A DNA stretch of 25,896 nt from a virus (lineage: Duplodnaviria; Caudoviricetes), in IMG/VR virus record IMGVR_UViG_3300049182_000102, positions 1-25,896 of that record; one strand, 5' to 3'. Both the position numbers and the translations under genes were made by a program. The notes below the pieces were generated by a model. It was not told the origin of the DNA and ran no database searches. It saw nothing but the letters and a program-made list of their open reading frames with translations. Shown piece after piece: positions 1 to 8,977 of this stretch (its first letter is position 1; every line of letters starts with the position of its first letter).

Positions 1-848
1 GCAGTACCGTTGAGCACAAGTGCGCCATTAGCAGCAGCTAAGATTGCTCCAGTGCTTGCAGCAGCAGGGCTGGAAATTTGAGCAGACGTACTTGTCGCCA
101 TGCTCAGACCCATGATATTGAAGTTTGCCGTTGCAAGACCGCTGGCGGGCAAAGTGATGCCCATTTCGGAAATGACGCAATCGCGGTACAGTTCGGACTG
201 TGCAATATCCGAATAGATATGCTCAATCAGATAGTAGTCACGCGTCTGGCCTGTTTGAGGAACGTAAGTGTGTTTGCCAGTGGATGTCAACGTGACAGTG
301 TTGGTAGTTTCGCTGCTAGTTGCCCAAGTACCACCATCCAAACGCAAGACGTTCAAAGTCTTGCCGTTCGAAGCAATGCCTGTAATAAGCAGATTGGTGG
401 AGTTGTTGCCGCTCGTTGTGAAACCATTAGAACCAGTACCAGCACGAATCACCATGCCTGGACGGAAGCCAGACGTGACAAAGTTGCCTGCTGTGCAAAC
501 AATCGTACCTGCAGGGCCTGTGCCTGCTACAGCATCATAGTCACCTGCGGCAGCAGTTGCAGTCACAGCCGTTTGTGCAGCCTGACGGCAAATCGATTCC
601 ATAAAGTTCTGGTAGCCACCAACGGAAAGCTCACCGTTAATAGAACCATCGACGCTAACCACACCATGGCGGAAGTCAGAGACTTGCTGCGACGGACGAA
701 TTTCGTTCGACTGGTAAGTGGCCTTCTTAAAGTCCACGTTGGAAGTGACGCGACGCAAATATTTTGCGCCTGTCGGGCTGCCGTACGTGGCAAGTGCAGT
801 CTGTTTTGCAATTGCCAGTTTTTTGTTTACGCCTGTTGCGATAGTCAT
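1..848 (-). CDS. Major tail (tail tube) protein, truncated at the left window edge
   Basis: Not in the ORF track because it has no stop in the window. ATG at 848 follows an AGGAG SD. Translates MTIATGVNKKLAIAKQT...LRRVTSNVDFKKATYQSNEIRPSQQVSDFRHG...GSINGELS, the S-x-E-I-R..D-F-R-H-G pattern of siphovirus tail tube proteins. Lies directly after the tail terminator. Confidence 0.85.
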   Translation of the reverse strand, partial: MTIATGVNKKLAIAKQTALATYGSPTGAKYLRRVTSNVDFKKATYQSNEIRPSQQVSDFRHGVVSVDGSINGELSVGGYQNFMESICRQAAQTAVTATAAAGDYDAVAGTGPAGTIVCTAGNFVTSGFRPGMVIRAGTGSNGFTTSGNNSTNLLITGIASNGKTLNVLRLDGGTWATSSETTNTVTLTSTGKHTYVPQTGQTRDYYLIEHIYSDIAQSELYRDCVISEMGITLPASGLATANFNIMGLSMATSTSAQISSPAAASTGAILAAANGALVLNGT

Positions 849-856
849 GATAACTC

Positions 857-1489
857 CTAATTAAAAATGTCTGCGTAGTAAGAAACCCTGACCGGAAGCT
901 GGTAAGCTTCGTCGTCAATCATTGCAGGTCGAATTTCAGGGGTCTTAATAATGTTTACTGTCACACCGCCATTACTGAACGACGAACCCCTTGGGAACGT
1001 CTGCCTAATCAACTCAGCTCTTGTGAAGGCATCGCCTGTACCGAGCTGAAGAGGATAAACCAAAGTTATTTGAAAAATTCCTACTTCTCGATAAAACCCA
1101 TCACCCATAGTTGGGTTCTCAGGAGTTGCAGGCAACAAATTGATTTTCTGGTAAGGGACGCGATTTGCTGCCGTTGGGAAGTACATATTTTCCCAAGCTA
1201 TCAATTCTGCAATGACGGTTCCACCTGTTCCGTTGCTGACTACTTCAGTTCCTGTTACAGGGTCATCCAATAAAAAAGTAGTGCTTGTTGGGACATCCGA
1301 AACGATATAAGTCCCGTTAGCCCCGCCTGTGTGGTTAGAAACAGTTGCTTGTAATCCTACGACCAAATTGTGCGGAGCAGAAGTTGTAAAGACGTCGCTA
1401 ACCGAAGAGACAATTGTAGCTGCCGGAATGATGCCAGGCATGCTATTAAGCGCAGACTCCAATGCAGATCTAATCTTAACCAGAGACAT
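857..1489 (-). CDS. Tail terminator-like protein (DUF4128-like) with an inserted beta-rich domain
   Basis: IRSALE..., IAWEN..F.P, G.FQITLVYP...G....RAE.I...F.RG and PVRVSY motifs; position just before the tail tube gene. Confidence 0.75.
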   Translation of the reverse strand: MSLVKIRSALESALNSMPGIIPAATIVSSVSDVFTTSAPHNLVVGLQATVSNHTGGANGTYIVSDVPTSTTFLLDDPVTGTEVVSNGTGGTVIAELIAWENMYFPTAANRVPYQKINLLPATPENPTMGDGFYREVGIFQITLVYPLQLGTGDAFTRAELIRQTFPRGSSFSNGGVTVNIIKTPEIRPAMIDDEAYQLPVRVSYYADIFN

Positions 1490-1952
1490 TTCCGCTCCTA
1501 ACCCTAGCTGCTACTTCTTCTGCAATCTGAGTGAACTCTGCAACAGTAAGCCCAACCATGCCGTGAGGGGCTTGCTTAGACCATCCGTATTCCAAAGCTC
1601 GAGCGTAAGGCAAATTGTTCACAAAGTAATACGTGTGACCTACTTGCCAACGTCCAAGGTGGCTAAGACGTTCTAGCGAACCGTGTCCTGTAGCATCTAC
1701 CGTTGGGATCGTTCCCGTTGGAATCTTATCAATACCAACTTGCCAATTGTTAATAAAGTGACCGGGTACATATCCTTTAGGCCAATACGGCTTTTTCCAA
1801 GTTGTCGGATCACCTACAGGCGATCTAAGCACTAATCTACGACCAACTTCTAACAAACATTCTTTTGTAAGCTGCTGAATCCTAGCTTTGCCTTTTTCAG
1901 CAAAGCGAAACATATCAGATACAGCTTTAGCATTTATAGAATGCGTGTCCAC
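1476..1952 (-). CDS. HK97 gp10-like neck/tail-completion protein
   Basis: RSPVG...GHFINNWQVG...YFVNNLPYARALEYGWSKQAPHGMV motifs. The GTG start overlaps the upstream TAG. Confidence 0.8.
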   Translation of the reverse strand: MDTHSINAKAVSDMFRFAEKGKARIQQLTKECLLEVGRRLVLRSPVGDPTTWKKPYWPKGYVPGHFINNWQVGIDKIPTGTIPTVDATGHGSLERLSHLGRWQVGHTYYFVNNLPYARALEYGWSKQAPHGMVGLTVAEFTQIAEEVAARVRSGNVSG

Positions 1953-2353
1953 TATGCACGTAAGACCAAAAGATACAACAAATCTGTTCCACCAGGACTA
2001 ATTGCCTGGACATCGTAAATCTTGTACTGCACGCTACCCAAAAGCACAAAGTCTTGAATGCGTGGAGCATCACCATTTGCGTCCATATACATCCACTTAT
2101 TGTGATCTTGGATTAGCGTATTTGTCTTAAAGTTTTCACCGTATTCCGGGCCAATGCGCTTTCCAGGAGCATCAACAACCACGGCATAACGCGTTGTGTC
2201 TTGTTGAGAGGTTTGAGCGTTTGCTACAGCTTTACCTGTACTTGGGTCGTACTTATTGCCACCTCCTGGCGTATAGCGGCGCAAGGTGACAGGTCGCCCG
2301 AATCTTTTCAAAAGATCCAGGGCCCTAGCCGCTATATCAGAGTAAAAGCTCAT
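1952..2353 (-). CDS. Head-closure / head-tail joining protein
   Basis: A..LL.RFG.PVTLR...YDP.TG N-terminus and I.PGG..LLY.L.LR C-terminus; neck-module position. Confidence 0.7.
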   Translation of the reverse strand: MSFYSDIAARALDLLKRFGRPVTLRRYTPGGGNKYDPSTGKAVANAQTSQQDTTRYAVVVDAPGKRIGPEYGENFKTNTLIQDHNKWMYMDANGDAPRIQDFVLLGSVQYKIYDVQAISPGGTDLLYLLVLRA

Positions 2354-2896
2354 TTAGCATCTTCCCAAACGCACACAAGGACCAGCTGAAGCTAAGAATG
2401 GTCGCACCATATTCTCTACTTGAACATACTCCGTTTGCTGCGGAGAATCTTTATCATAGACAATAGTAATTGGCCCAACTGTCTCGCTAACGATACCTTG
2501 GGTCTGGTCCTTGACTAATGCTTGAATATTAGCACGTAAAGCAAGTTCAGCGCAAGCATTTTTTATTTCTGTTGGGACTGTTGTGTAATCAAGCTGGTAA
2601 AGGCCATACGAACCTCTAAGCTGTGGCCCAAGTGCGCCAGCAATATCGTCAATAACCACACCAATGCGCGGCCAGTCAAGTGCTTGAGTCGGTTTGACGC
2701 GAGCACCTTTCCAAGCATTGCGATAGCGACCAACCATGAACTGAGTAGCTCGACGCAAGTAAGCTTCTTTATCAACAGTTTGAATAGACGACCAAGTATG
2801 ATTGCCCATATTGGTGTGATAAGTATCTGCATCCGCAACGCTAATGTAAGACTCGGAATTAGACATTGCGCTACCATCTTCAACAATGATTGTCAT
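2354..2896 (-). CDS. Head-tail adaptor (family often labelled DnaT-like)
   Basis: MTIIVEDGS...NSESYISVADADTY...L.RAT...WKG.R...QALDWPR...VP.EIK.A..ELA...ETVGPI...Y. Start moved to ATG 2896 (GGAG upstream). Confidence 0.8.
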   Translation of the reverse strand: MTIIVEDGSAMSNSESYISVADADTYHTNMGNHTWSSIQTVDKEAYLRRATQFMVGRYRNAWKGARVKPTQALDWPRIGVVIDDIAGALGPQLRGSYGLYQLDYTTVPTEIKNACAELALRANIQALVKDQTQGIVSETVGPITIVYDKDSPQQTEYVQVENMVRPFLASAGPCVRLGRC

Positions 2897-2897
2897 T

Positions 2898-3209
2898 TTA
2901 ACGCTCCACAATATTAACAAAGAAAGTACGATCGTCGATACGTCCGCCCGTTGTGGTTATGCGAACTGTAACACTTCCAGTCAATCCTGCTGTACCACCA
3001 CCAAGCCATAATGTCACGGATGTGGAAGTAACTGTTGCGGAAGTTGGCTGGGTTAAACCGGAAGATCCGTCTAAAACAACTACTGCACTTGCGATAGTAT
3101 CGCTAATTGGTGCAAGATAATTTGTCCAATCTGTCGTGTAATCCAGGACAGCATTTGGGTCTTTATCAATATACCAAGCATTTCCGCGGGCTGAAAAAGT
3201 ATCAGACAT
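2898..3209 (-). CDS. Small Ig-like virion protein (fibre adaptor-like)
   Basis: KDPNAVLDY..DW...V.LWL.GG..G....VT.RITT..GR.DDRT motif, recalled from fibre-associated phage proteins; GAGG SD. Confidence 0.6.
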   Translation of the reverse strand: MSDTFSARGNAWYIDKDPNAVLDYTTDWTNYLAPISDTIASAVVVLDGSSGLTQPTSATVTSTSVTLWLGGGTAGLTGSVTVRITTTGGRIDDRTFFVNIVER

Positions 3210-3217
3210 TTTAACCT

Positions 3218-4255
3218 CTAATTAGAATAATCAAAAGCAACAAGCCGTTTAGGAACAGAATCAACTTGAACAATTCGTAAAGGTTGTAAATCGACAAAAA
3301 ACTTTCTATCAACTGGATCAATTGCAATTGTTCGTTTTGGCAATGCGTCTATAGCTAAATGGCGCAATGTTGTATCAATTGTAATGGACCTTATTGCAAC
3401 AGGATCTATTACAATATGTCTATCTGCAGAATCAATTCTAGCAATTCTAAATCTGAGTACAAAATTAGATGTAGCGCTACAAGTTGATGTGCCTACTGAA
3501 GCAGCAACAGCAAAAACTGGAATACGAGAAGAAGCTAAGGCTGAAGAAGAACCTGCAGAAGAACCTGCTCCTGAAGCATTAGCTGTACCTATTCCAGATA
3601 CTGTACTTGAACCTGCTGCTGACCCAACTGCAGATGAAGAAGAAGGGGTAGTACCTAATACGCTTGAAACGCCAGAAGAAGATCCTATTGCACTAGAATT
3701 AGCTGCACCTACAACAGAGCTAGTTGCTACACCAGATGCTGCAAATGCAGAGCTTGCAGTTGAAGATCCAACAACAGAACTAGATGCTGTACCAGAAGAT
3801 GTTGCTACAGAAGCTGCGGTAGAACTAGAAGATGCTGATACAACAGAAGTTCCAGAAGATGAAGCACTTGAACTGGCGTTAGAAGTACCAACGCTTGCAA
3901 CCGTAGAAGTTCCAGAAGCAGATCCTGTAGCTGCTGCGGTTTCTGTGCCTGAGCCAGATACTGTTGCAACTCCTGATGAAGATGCAACAGAGGCTGCTGT
4001 TGATGAACCTACTCCTGAAGATGCTCCCGTCCCAGTAGAACTTCCAGACGAAGCTGCTGTTGATGCTCCGACAAAAGAAACAGTAGCTAATCCTGATGAT
4101 GAACCTACAGCTTGAGCAGTTTCCGATCCTGAATAAATGACAAAGGGTTCACCCTTAAACGCATAGCCTAATGTGAGCGTGTCTAAAGATCCCGCCTGCG
4201 TATAACAGAACGGGGAACCTTTAAAAGCGTAGCCTAACGTTTTAAGATCAGCCAT
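3218..4255 (-). CDS. Ser/Ala/Gly/Thr repeat protein, putative fibre shaft
   Basis: Duplicated N-terminal TLGYAFKG(S/E)PF, about a dozen ~20-aa repeats (e.g. SSTAASVASSSGVATVSGSG), and C-terminal R-x-I-x-I-D repeats. Abuts the upstream gene. Confidence 0.65.
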   Translation of the reverse strand: MADLKTLGYAFKGSPFCYTQAGSLDTLTLGYAFKGEPFVIYSGSETAQAVGSSSGLATVSFVGASTAASSGSSTGTGASSGVGSSTAASVASSSGVATVSGSGTETAAATGSASGTSTVASVGTSNASSSASSSGTSVVSASSSSTAASVATSSGTASSSVVGSSTASSAFAASGVATSSVVGAANSSAIGSSSGVSSVLGTTPSSSSAVGSAAGSSTVSGIGTANASGAGSSAGSSSALASSRIPVFAVAASVGTSTCSATSNFVLRFRIARIDSADRHIVIDPVAIRSITIDTTLRHLAIDALPKRTIAIDPVDRKFFVDLQPLRIVQVDSVPKRLVAFDYSN

Positions 4256-6271
4256 TTAAGTTATTGAAAGATCATCAAACCAACCGTTAAGATTTGTCGC
4301 AGTTGTAGAGTAAGCATAACCAAATAACTCAATTACACCGTCCTCTGTTGGAGTAATTGTCAAAGAAATTTGTTGCCAAGTATTTGCTGAAGCACTTACT
4401 GTCGCAGTCATATCACTTGAAACTCCAGCAATTTGCCCTCCGCGAATCTTTATGCCAACTGTTATATTTGTGCTATCCCGTCTTGCATATACATTGATTG
4501 TCTTAGATACATTTGCAGCCATTAAAAGATTTGCCAATACAAATTCGCACTGTGGATTGTCCACACTAAGGGCTGTACTTAACGGCGATAGTTTCCAAGA
4601 AAAATCTGAAGCAGTGTTCCTTACACTTGTATCACTTTTAATCTGATAAGATGCATTAATAAGGCGGTGATCAGTTGCGCTTCCTCCGTACTTATGGATA
4701 CGAAGAGTGTCACAGAGCGTTCCGCTACTTTCAATCGGTGTTGTTGAACTTAAAGTACAATTGTATAAAGTCGTTCCTTTTCCACCACTTGAAACAACTA
4801 TATCAGCCGTCACGTTATTGGCAAGGGTTGTATTGTAGTATGTCGTCTCACCGGCAGAATCAGAGCTTGTAGCAATTCCATATCCAGCGTTATTGTCAAT
4901 CTTGTCAATATTTGCATCTACTCGAGCTCCTGAAACACAAGGTAATGCACAAGCCAGACCGCCAGTGCCACCAAGAATTCCTGAAATTCTTCTAGCAGTA
5001 AGTTTAACTCTTTGAAGAGCTGTAGCTGCTGGAACAACTAAACCGGCTCCACAAGACATTACATTTCCTAAATCCAGAACAAGAGATGTTCCAGCATTAA
5101 AAGTTAAAGAAGAACATGCTGCAACACCTGTCAAAGAAATATTACAATTGACATTTGAAGAAGTCACTGTTATAGGCGCCCCGTTAGCATGAGCTACTCC
5201 AACCTTTTCAATTTTAATGTAGTCCTGCCCGTTTAAATCAATAGCTGCACCAGCCCAATAAGAACATGTCAACCAAGAGACACCGGATTGCGTGCTCATG
5301 TTTGTACGATCCCAACCTCCAGAAAAAGTAATAGGACTTCCGTTTGTCCCACTATCTTGGACAGTTCGACTTGAACTTTGGAATTGAGGTGAGCTTCCTC
5401 CGTAATTCACTCCATCGATAGGTTGAATTTTATATGTTGTGACACTTTCACTTGTACCTGAATAAGTCCTAGGAGTAAGCGAAGCAGAATTTAAATCTGT
5501 ACTTTGGCTATTTCCCAAAGTTACAGATGTTCCATTAATTCCTAAAACAGGATACCATTCAGGTTCTCCAACTGTGTTTTTACCAATCAAAGATAAATGA
5601 GTTAAAGAAGCTGCATTGCTAGACGCTTTACAAGCAATGATGTTATCAAGCAAAAACGTCCCTGCACCAAAATCGGAAATTACATATAGCGCTACAGACT
5701 TAATAGAGCTATTTAAATTTGAACCAAAATCCTTAGTGACCACAGTCCAGCCGGAGTTGAAGGCCCTGTCTATTGTAATTGCATGTGCAGAGGTAGCACC
5801 AGAAGTATCTGTGCAAAGACGAAGCTCAAGTGCTCCTGCTGGGACGTTATCAATACTTGAATTAATCCAAAAGCTAACTTGTTGATACCCTGAAAGATCT
5901 AATGTCCCAGTGGCTTTAAATGCCGCTTTCCCTGTGGTAAAAGTCGAACCAATGGCAATGCTTGCAGAATTTGTGCCTTCTTTATGACTTACACTTGTCG
6001 TTGTTGTAATATTTGTAGATGCAGTCCAAGCACTTTCACCGTTATCGATTGTCTGTGTGCAAGCCGCAGCAAGAGTAATTGTGCTACTTGAATTCGTCCA
6101 AGTAGCACTTCCAAGAGATGATGCATCTGGAGAAGCTATAATACGAACAATATCACCAGGAGCAATTCTAGCTGCTGTAGCTCCGCCCGCAATGGTTTTC
6201 CAACGATTTGCAAATGTTGTACCATCGTTGGCGTCGTTTCCACCAATTGGATCTAAAAAGAAATTACTCAC
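4256..6271 (-). CDS. Large beta-rich virion protein, putative receptor-binding/appendage protein
   Basis: 671 aa. N-terminal FFLDPIGGNDANDG...RWKTI motif typical of beta-helix proteins; jelly-roll-like segments ending ...FLLDNI and ...WFDDLSIT. Confidence 0.6.
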   Translation of the reverse strand: MSNFFLDPIGGNDANDGTTFANRWKTIAGGATAARIAPGDIVRIIASPDASSLGSATWTNSSSTITLAAACTQTIDNGESAWTASTNITTTTSVSHKEGTNSASIAIGSTFTTGKAAFKATGTLDLSGYQQVSFWINSSIDNVPAGALELRLCTDTSGATSAHAITIDRAFNSGWTVVTKDFGSNLNSSIKSVALYVISDFGAGTFLLDNIIACKASSNAASLTHLSLIGKNTVGEPEWYPVLGINGTSVTLGNSQSTDLNSASLTPRTYSGTSESVTTYKIQPIDGVNYGGSSPQFQSSSRTVQDSGTNGSPITFSGGWDRTNMSTQSGVSWLTCSYWAGAAIDLNGQDYIKIEKVGVAHANGAPITVTSSNVNCNISLTGVAACSSLTFNAGTSLVLDLGNVMSCGAGLVVPAATALQRVKLTARRISGILGGTGGLACALPCVSGARVDANIDKIDNNAGYGIATSSDSAGETTYYNTTLANNVTADIVVSSGGKGTTLYNCTLSSTTPIESSGTLCDTLRIHKYGGSATDHRLINASYQIKSDTSVRNTASDFSWKLSPLSTALSVDNPQCEFVLANLLMAANVSKTINVYARRDSTNITVGIKIRGGQIAGVSSDMTATVSASANTWQQISLTITPTEDGVIELFGYAYSTTATNLNGWFDDLSIT

Positions 6272-6288
6272 ATTACACCTTACTTTTA

Positions 6289-6717
6289 TTAATCTTCGCT
6301 GATCGTGCTTGAAGTTGTAAGAATTGGCGTAATACCATTACCAGTCACAATGTTTGGCGTGACTGTACCAGAATACAAGATTTTTCCAGTTCCGGAAGAA
6401 GCAGTTCCGACGCTGAAATGAGTAACCGTACCGGATCCGCCTGACCCTGTCGGAAATGAAATATTTGAAGCAGGAACGACGCTTCCAGAAGAAACTGTCC
6501 AGCCACCTGTAGTTCTTGCGACTGCAACTCTTGTATAGCCTGTATAAGTTGCTTCACTGGTTGTCTGATTTCCCGCTTCACCAGGATCAGCCGTGTGCAA
6601 TGCAACATACAGATTTGTAAGAGGGCTTGTAGCTGCATTGTCTGCTATATTTGCGATTGCTGTGGCATTGAAAATAAGTTTCAGCAGATCGTCTTCGAAA
6701 GTGTTTCCTTTTGACAT
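6289..6717 (-). CDS. Small virion structural protein (fibre-base-like)
   Basis: LYVALHTADPGEAG...EATYTGYTRVAV and ISFP...VTHF.VG....G.ILY.G motifs recalled from phage structural proteins; GGAG SD. Confidence 0.7.
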   Translation of the reverse strand: MSKGNTFEDDLLKLIFNATAIANIADNAATSPLTNLYVALHTADPGEAGNQTTSEATYTGYTRVAVARTTGGWTVSSGSVVPASNISFPTGSGGSGTVTHFSVGTASSGTGKILYSGTVTPNIVTGNGITPILTTSSTISED

Positions 6718-6741
6718 ACATGCTCCGTAATTTAGTTAAAA

Positions 6742-6770
6742 TAAAACCCGGACTTTTGGCCCGGGTTTTA
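6742..6770 (-). terminator. Intrinsic terminator after the major capsid gene
   Basis: Perfect inverted repeat TAAAACCCGG (6742-6751) / CCGGGTTTTA (6761-6770), with a T-rich tail on the minus strand. Confidence 0.85.
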
Positions 6771-6788
6771 AGACACAACAGGCTTGGA

Positions 6789-8045
6789 TTAGCCCAGCAG
6801 GATGGCGCAATGGTTAGGCTTGATGCCCTTGCAACCCCAAGCTGCCGAGATTTCGTACTGCATTTGGCGGTATTGAGCGTACATTGCAACTTCGAACGCG
6901 ATACCGGAACGCGGATCAACGATCATAGTACGGTCAACTGCCATGTCGCCACCTTCCGGCAGAGCAGGAGCACGAGTTGCCAGAATCAGCGAAGATTGGC
7001 TGAAAGCAACGTTCGGAGTGAAGTTACCACCGACAGTCACCGCAGTTGCGGAAGTCGGGATAGCTTGGCGCAGACCAGGAGCACCGATCGTTACAACACC
7101 GCCGGACAGGGCACCAGTCACAACGTACTTGTTGCTATCACCGTTGAAGGTAATGATGTCACCTGCCAGGATAGTGCCGCTACCAGTGATCAGCGTGATT
7201 GCGGTTGCACCCACTGCATAACCTGCAGTGTTCGTCGTATAAGACGTGCCAGTGCCCTTGGTGACAGCAGTCACTTGAGCCGACTCGTGGAACGACATAC
7301 CGTGGATGTTCAGCAGCTCACCGTCACGCAGAGTCATGGTGGTGCCAGCTTCGTTTGCTTTGGTCAGTTGACCCAAAGTACGCATCGCGGCGCCTGCAGT
7401 GGTGTCGATAACCACACAACGATCGGATGGCGGAGCGCCGTTATCGTCCAGGATCTTGCGGATCTGGGCCGGGTCAGCCAGGTTGGTTGCGAAAGGCGTA
7501 GTACCAGCAGTGCCGTATGCACGCGATGCAGCAACGCGAGCAGCAGTAACGACATCCGATTCCATTTCGTTCACAAGAGTGCGGATAGCTTGTTGGAGCT
7601 GCGCATTCTTGATAGGACGAGCACCGGAACCGTTGTTGTTCAGACCCAGCTCTTCTTCACCGTTCCAACGGAAAGGAACACGACGCGACTTGGTGATGGT
7701 CAGACCCACGTTACCGATCGTTTGGTCACCATCGTTCGGCGGCGTGACACCAGGAGTGATATCAGTAGCAGCAGCGGATGGAGTGATGAACGACGTAACC
7801 GTTTGACCTACAGCGGCGCGACTAACCGACGCATCCAGTGTTGCGCAAGGAATGGCGCCAACCAGTTCACGAGACACAATATCCAGCGCTTCGTAAAGCG
7901 AAGGAATCAGAGAGGTCAGGGTGTTTGCACCAAGCATCAGGCCATTACGGGCCATCCAATTGGTGAGGCGCACCTGTTCGATGTACAGAATGGCCAAAGC
8001 AAAAAGCTTGACCTGCGCAAAAACATTTTTCAAAACAGATTTCAT
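6789..8045 (-). CDS. Major capsid protein, P22 coat-protein-like, with N-terminal extension
   Basis: ANTLTSLIPSLYEALDIVSRELVG...QAIRTLVNEME...RKILDDNGAP...YAQYRQ..YEISAAWG. High-expression codon bias, GGAG SD before ATG 8045, downstream terminator. Confidence 0.9.
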   Translation of the reverse strand: MKSVLKNVFAQVKLFALAILYIEQVRLTNWMARNGLMLGANTLTSLIPSLYEALDIVSRELVGAIPCATLDASVSRAAVGQTVTSFITPSAAATDITPGVTPPNDGDQTIGNVGLTITKSRRVPFRWNGEEELGLNNNGSGARPIKNAQLQQAIRTLVNEMESDVVTAARVAASRAYGTAGTTPFATNLADPAQIRKILDDNGAPPSDRCVVIDTTAGAAMRTLGQLTKANEAGTTMTLRDGELLNIHGMSFHESAQVTAVTKGTGTSYTTNTAGYAVGATAITLITGSGTILAGDIITFNGDSNKYVVTGALSGGVVTIGAPGLRQAIPTSATAVTVGGNFTPNVAFSQSSLILATRAPALPEGGDMAVDRTMIVDPRSGIAFEVAMYAQYRQMQYEISAAWGCKGIKPNHCAILLG

Positions 8046-8060
8046 TTGAGACTCCGAAGT

Positions 8061-8849
8061 TTAATCGACGATCCTAATTCCGCTTCGGGCAACTTCAGCT
8101 TGTTTAAGCATTGGAAGTGCTTCGTAGTCGGAACGCTTAATGGTTTTACCTGAGGCATTGCTGCCACTTTGTCGAGCGTTGCTACTACCAGAACCCGAAG
8201 TGTTCGACGGGAACCAGTGAGGCTTCTTTTCCTTCTGCTGCTCGATCCACTCAGCAGGGCTAAATGGTGTTTTACCATTTTTGCCAAGTTCTGGATTGCC
8301 CTCGGCGTCCAGTTGTACTGCATTACCTTGATCATCCAAGGTAAAGATTTGACGTGCATGCAGGAGTGCGTCATCAACGGCTCCAGGATGCAAGTCTTTG
8401 CAAGCTGCCCTGATGTGGTTATCCAGAACAGCTTGTTGGTAACGCTTCGCACGTTCTTCAGCAGCAGCGATTTTCTGCTCGAAAGTCTTCAGTTCGTTCT
8501 GATGAGCTTCGCGCATACGTTCGGTGTACTTCTGAATTACCGATTCCTTCTTTCCTTCTGCAAACAACTTTGCATCTTCATCCTGATCCAAACGGCTTTG
8601 AAGTTCGGACAGCTTAACTGGATCCATTCCTTCAAAAGGCTTCAGCTTATCTTTCAGCTGACGTTGAATACCAAGCAGTTCATCGTTTTTCGATTTCAGA
8701 CCTTTGGTCGCTTCGGCAACGGCTGCGGCAATTTTTGCTTCAAGAGTTTCACCGCCTTGACCACCTTCACCGCCTTCACCGCCTTCACCTTCAAAGACAT
8801 ACAGGACAGTAGAAGAATGGTTTACTTGATATTGATTACGAAGTTGCAT
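8061..8849 (-). CDS. Capsid scaffolding protein
   Basis: Gly/Glu linker, GLKSKNDELL coiled coil, PHWFP..SGSGS tail; directly upstream of the capsid gene. Confidence 0.85.
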   Translation of the reverse strand: MQLRNQYQVNHSSTVLYVFEGEGGEGGEGGQGGETLEAKIAAAVAEATKGLKSKNDELLGIQRQLKDKLKPFEGMDPVKLSELQSRLDQDEDAKLFAEGKKESVIQKYTERMREAHQNELKTFEQKIAAAEERAKRYQQAVLDNHIRAACKDLHPGAVDDALLHARQIFTLDDQGNAVQLDAEGNPELGKNGKTPFSPAEWIEQQKEKKPHWFPSNTSGSGSSNARQSGSNASGKTIKRSDYEALPMLKQAEVARSGIRIVD

Positions 8850-8934
8850 AATTGTTCCCTTCGGGAGTTGAAAGAACGGCTTTGCCGATAAATAATCTGA
8901 TTTGACTGCTTGGCAGAAACCAGATCTAACGCTA

Positions 8935-8963
8935 ATTATATTGCTTCAATTTGCTAAAGGCAA
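8935..8963 (-). promoter_or_regulatory. Sigma70-like promoter for scaffold/capsid
   Basis: Minus strand TTGCCT-N17-TATAAT. Confidence 0.7.
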
Positions 8964-8977
8964 GGACTTTTAGCAAA

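Noticed and set aside
78-860. 260-aa plus-strand ORF
   Set aside because: Shadow of the tail tube gene, which the track missed because it lacks a stop in the window.
3384-4115. 243-aa very acidic plus-strand ORF
   Set aside because: Antisense shadow of the Ser/Ala repeat gene (TCT/TCA codons read as Glu/Asp on the other strand); it opposes the operon and has no expression signals.
6711-8153. 480-aa plus-strand ORF
   Set aside because: Antisense to the capsid gene; explained by that gene's strong codon bias.
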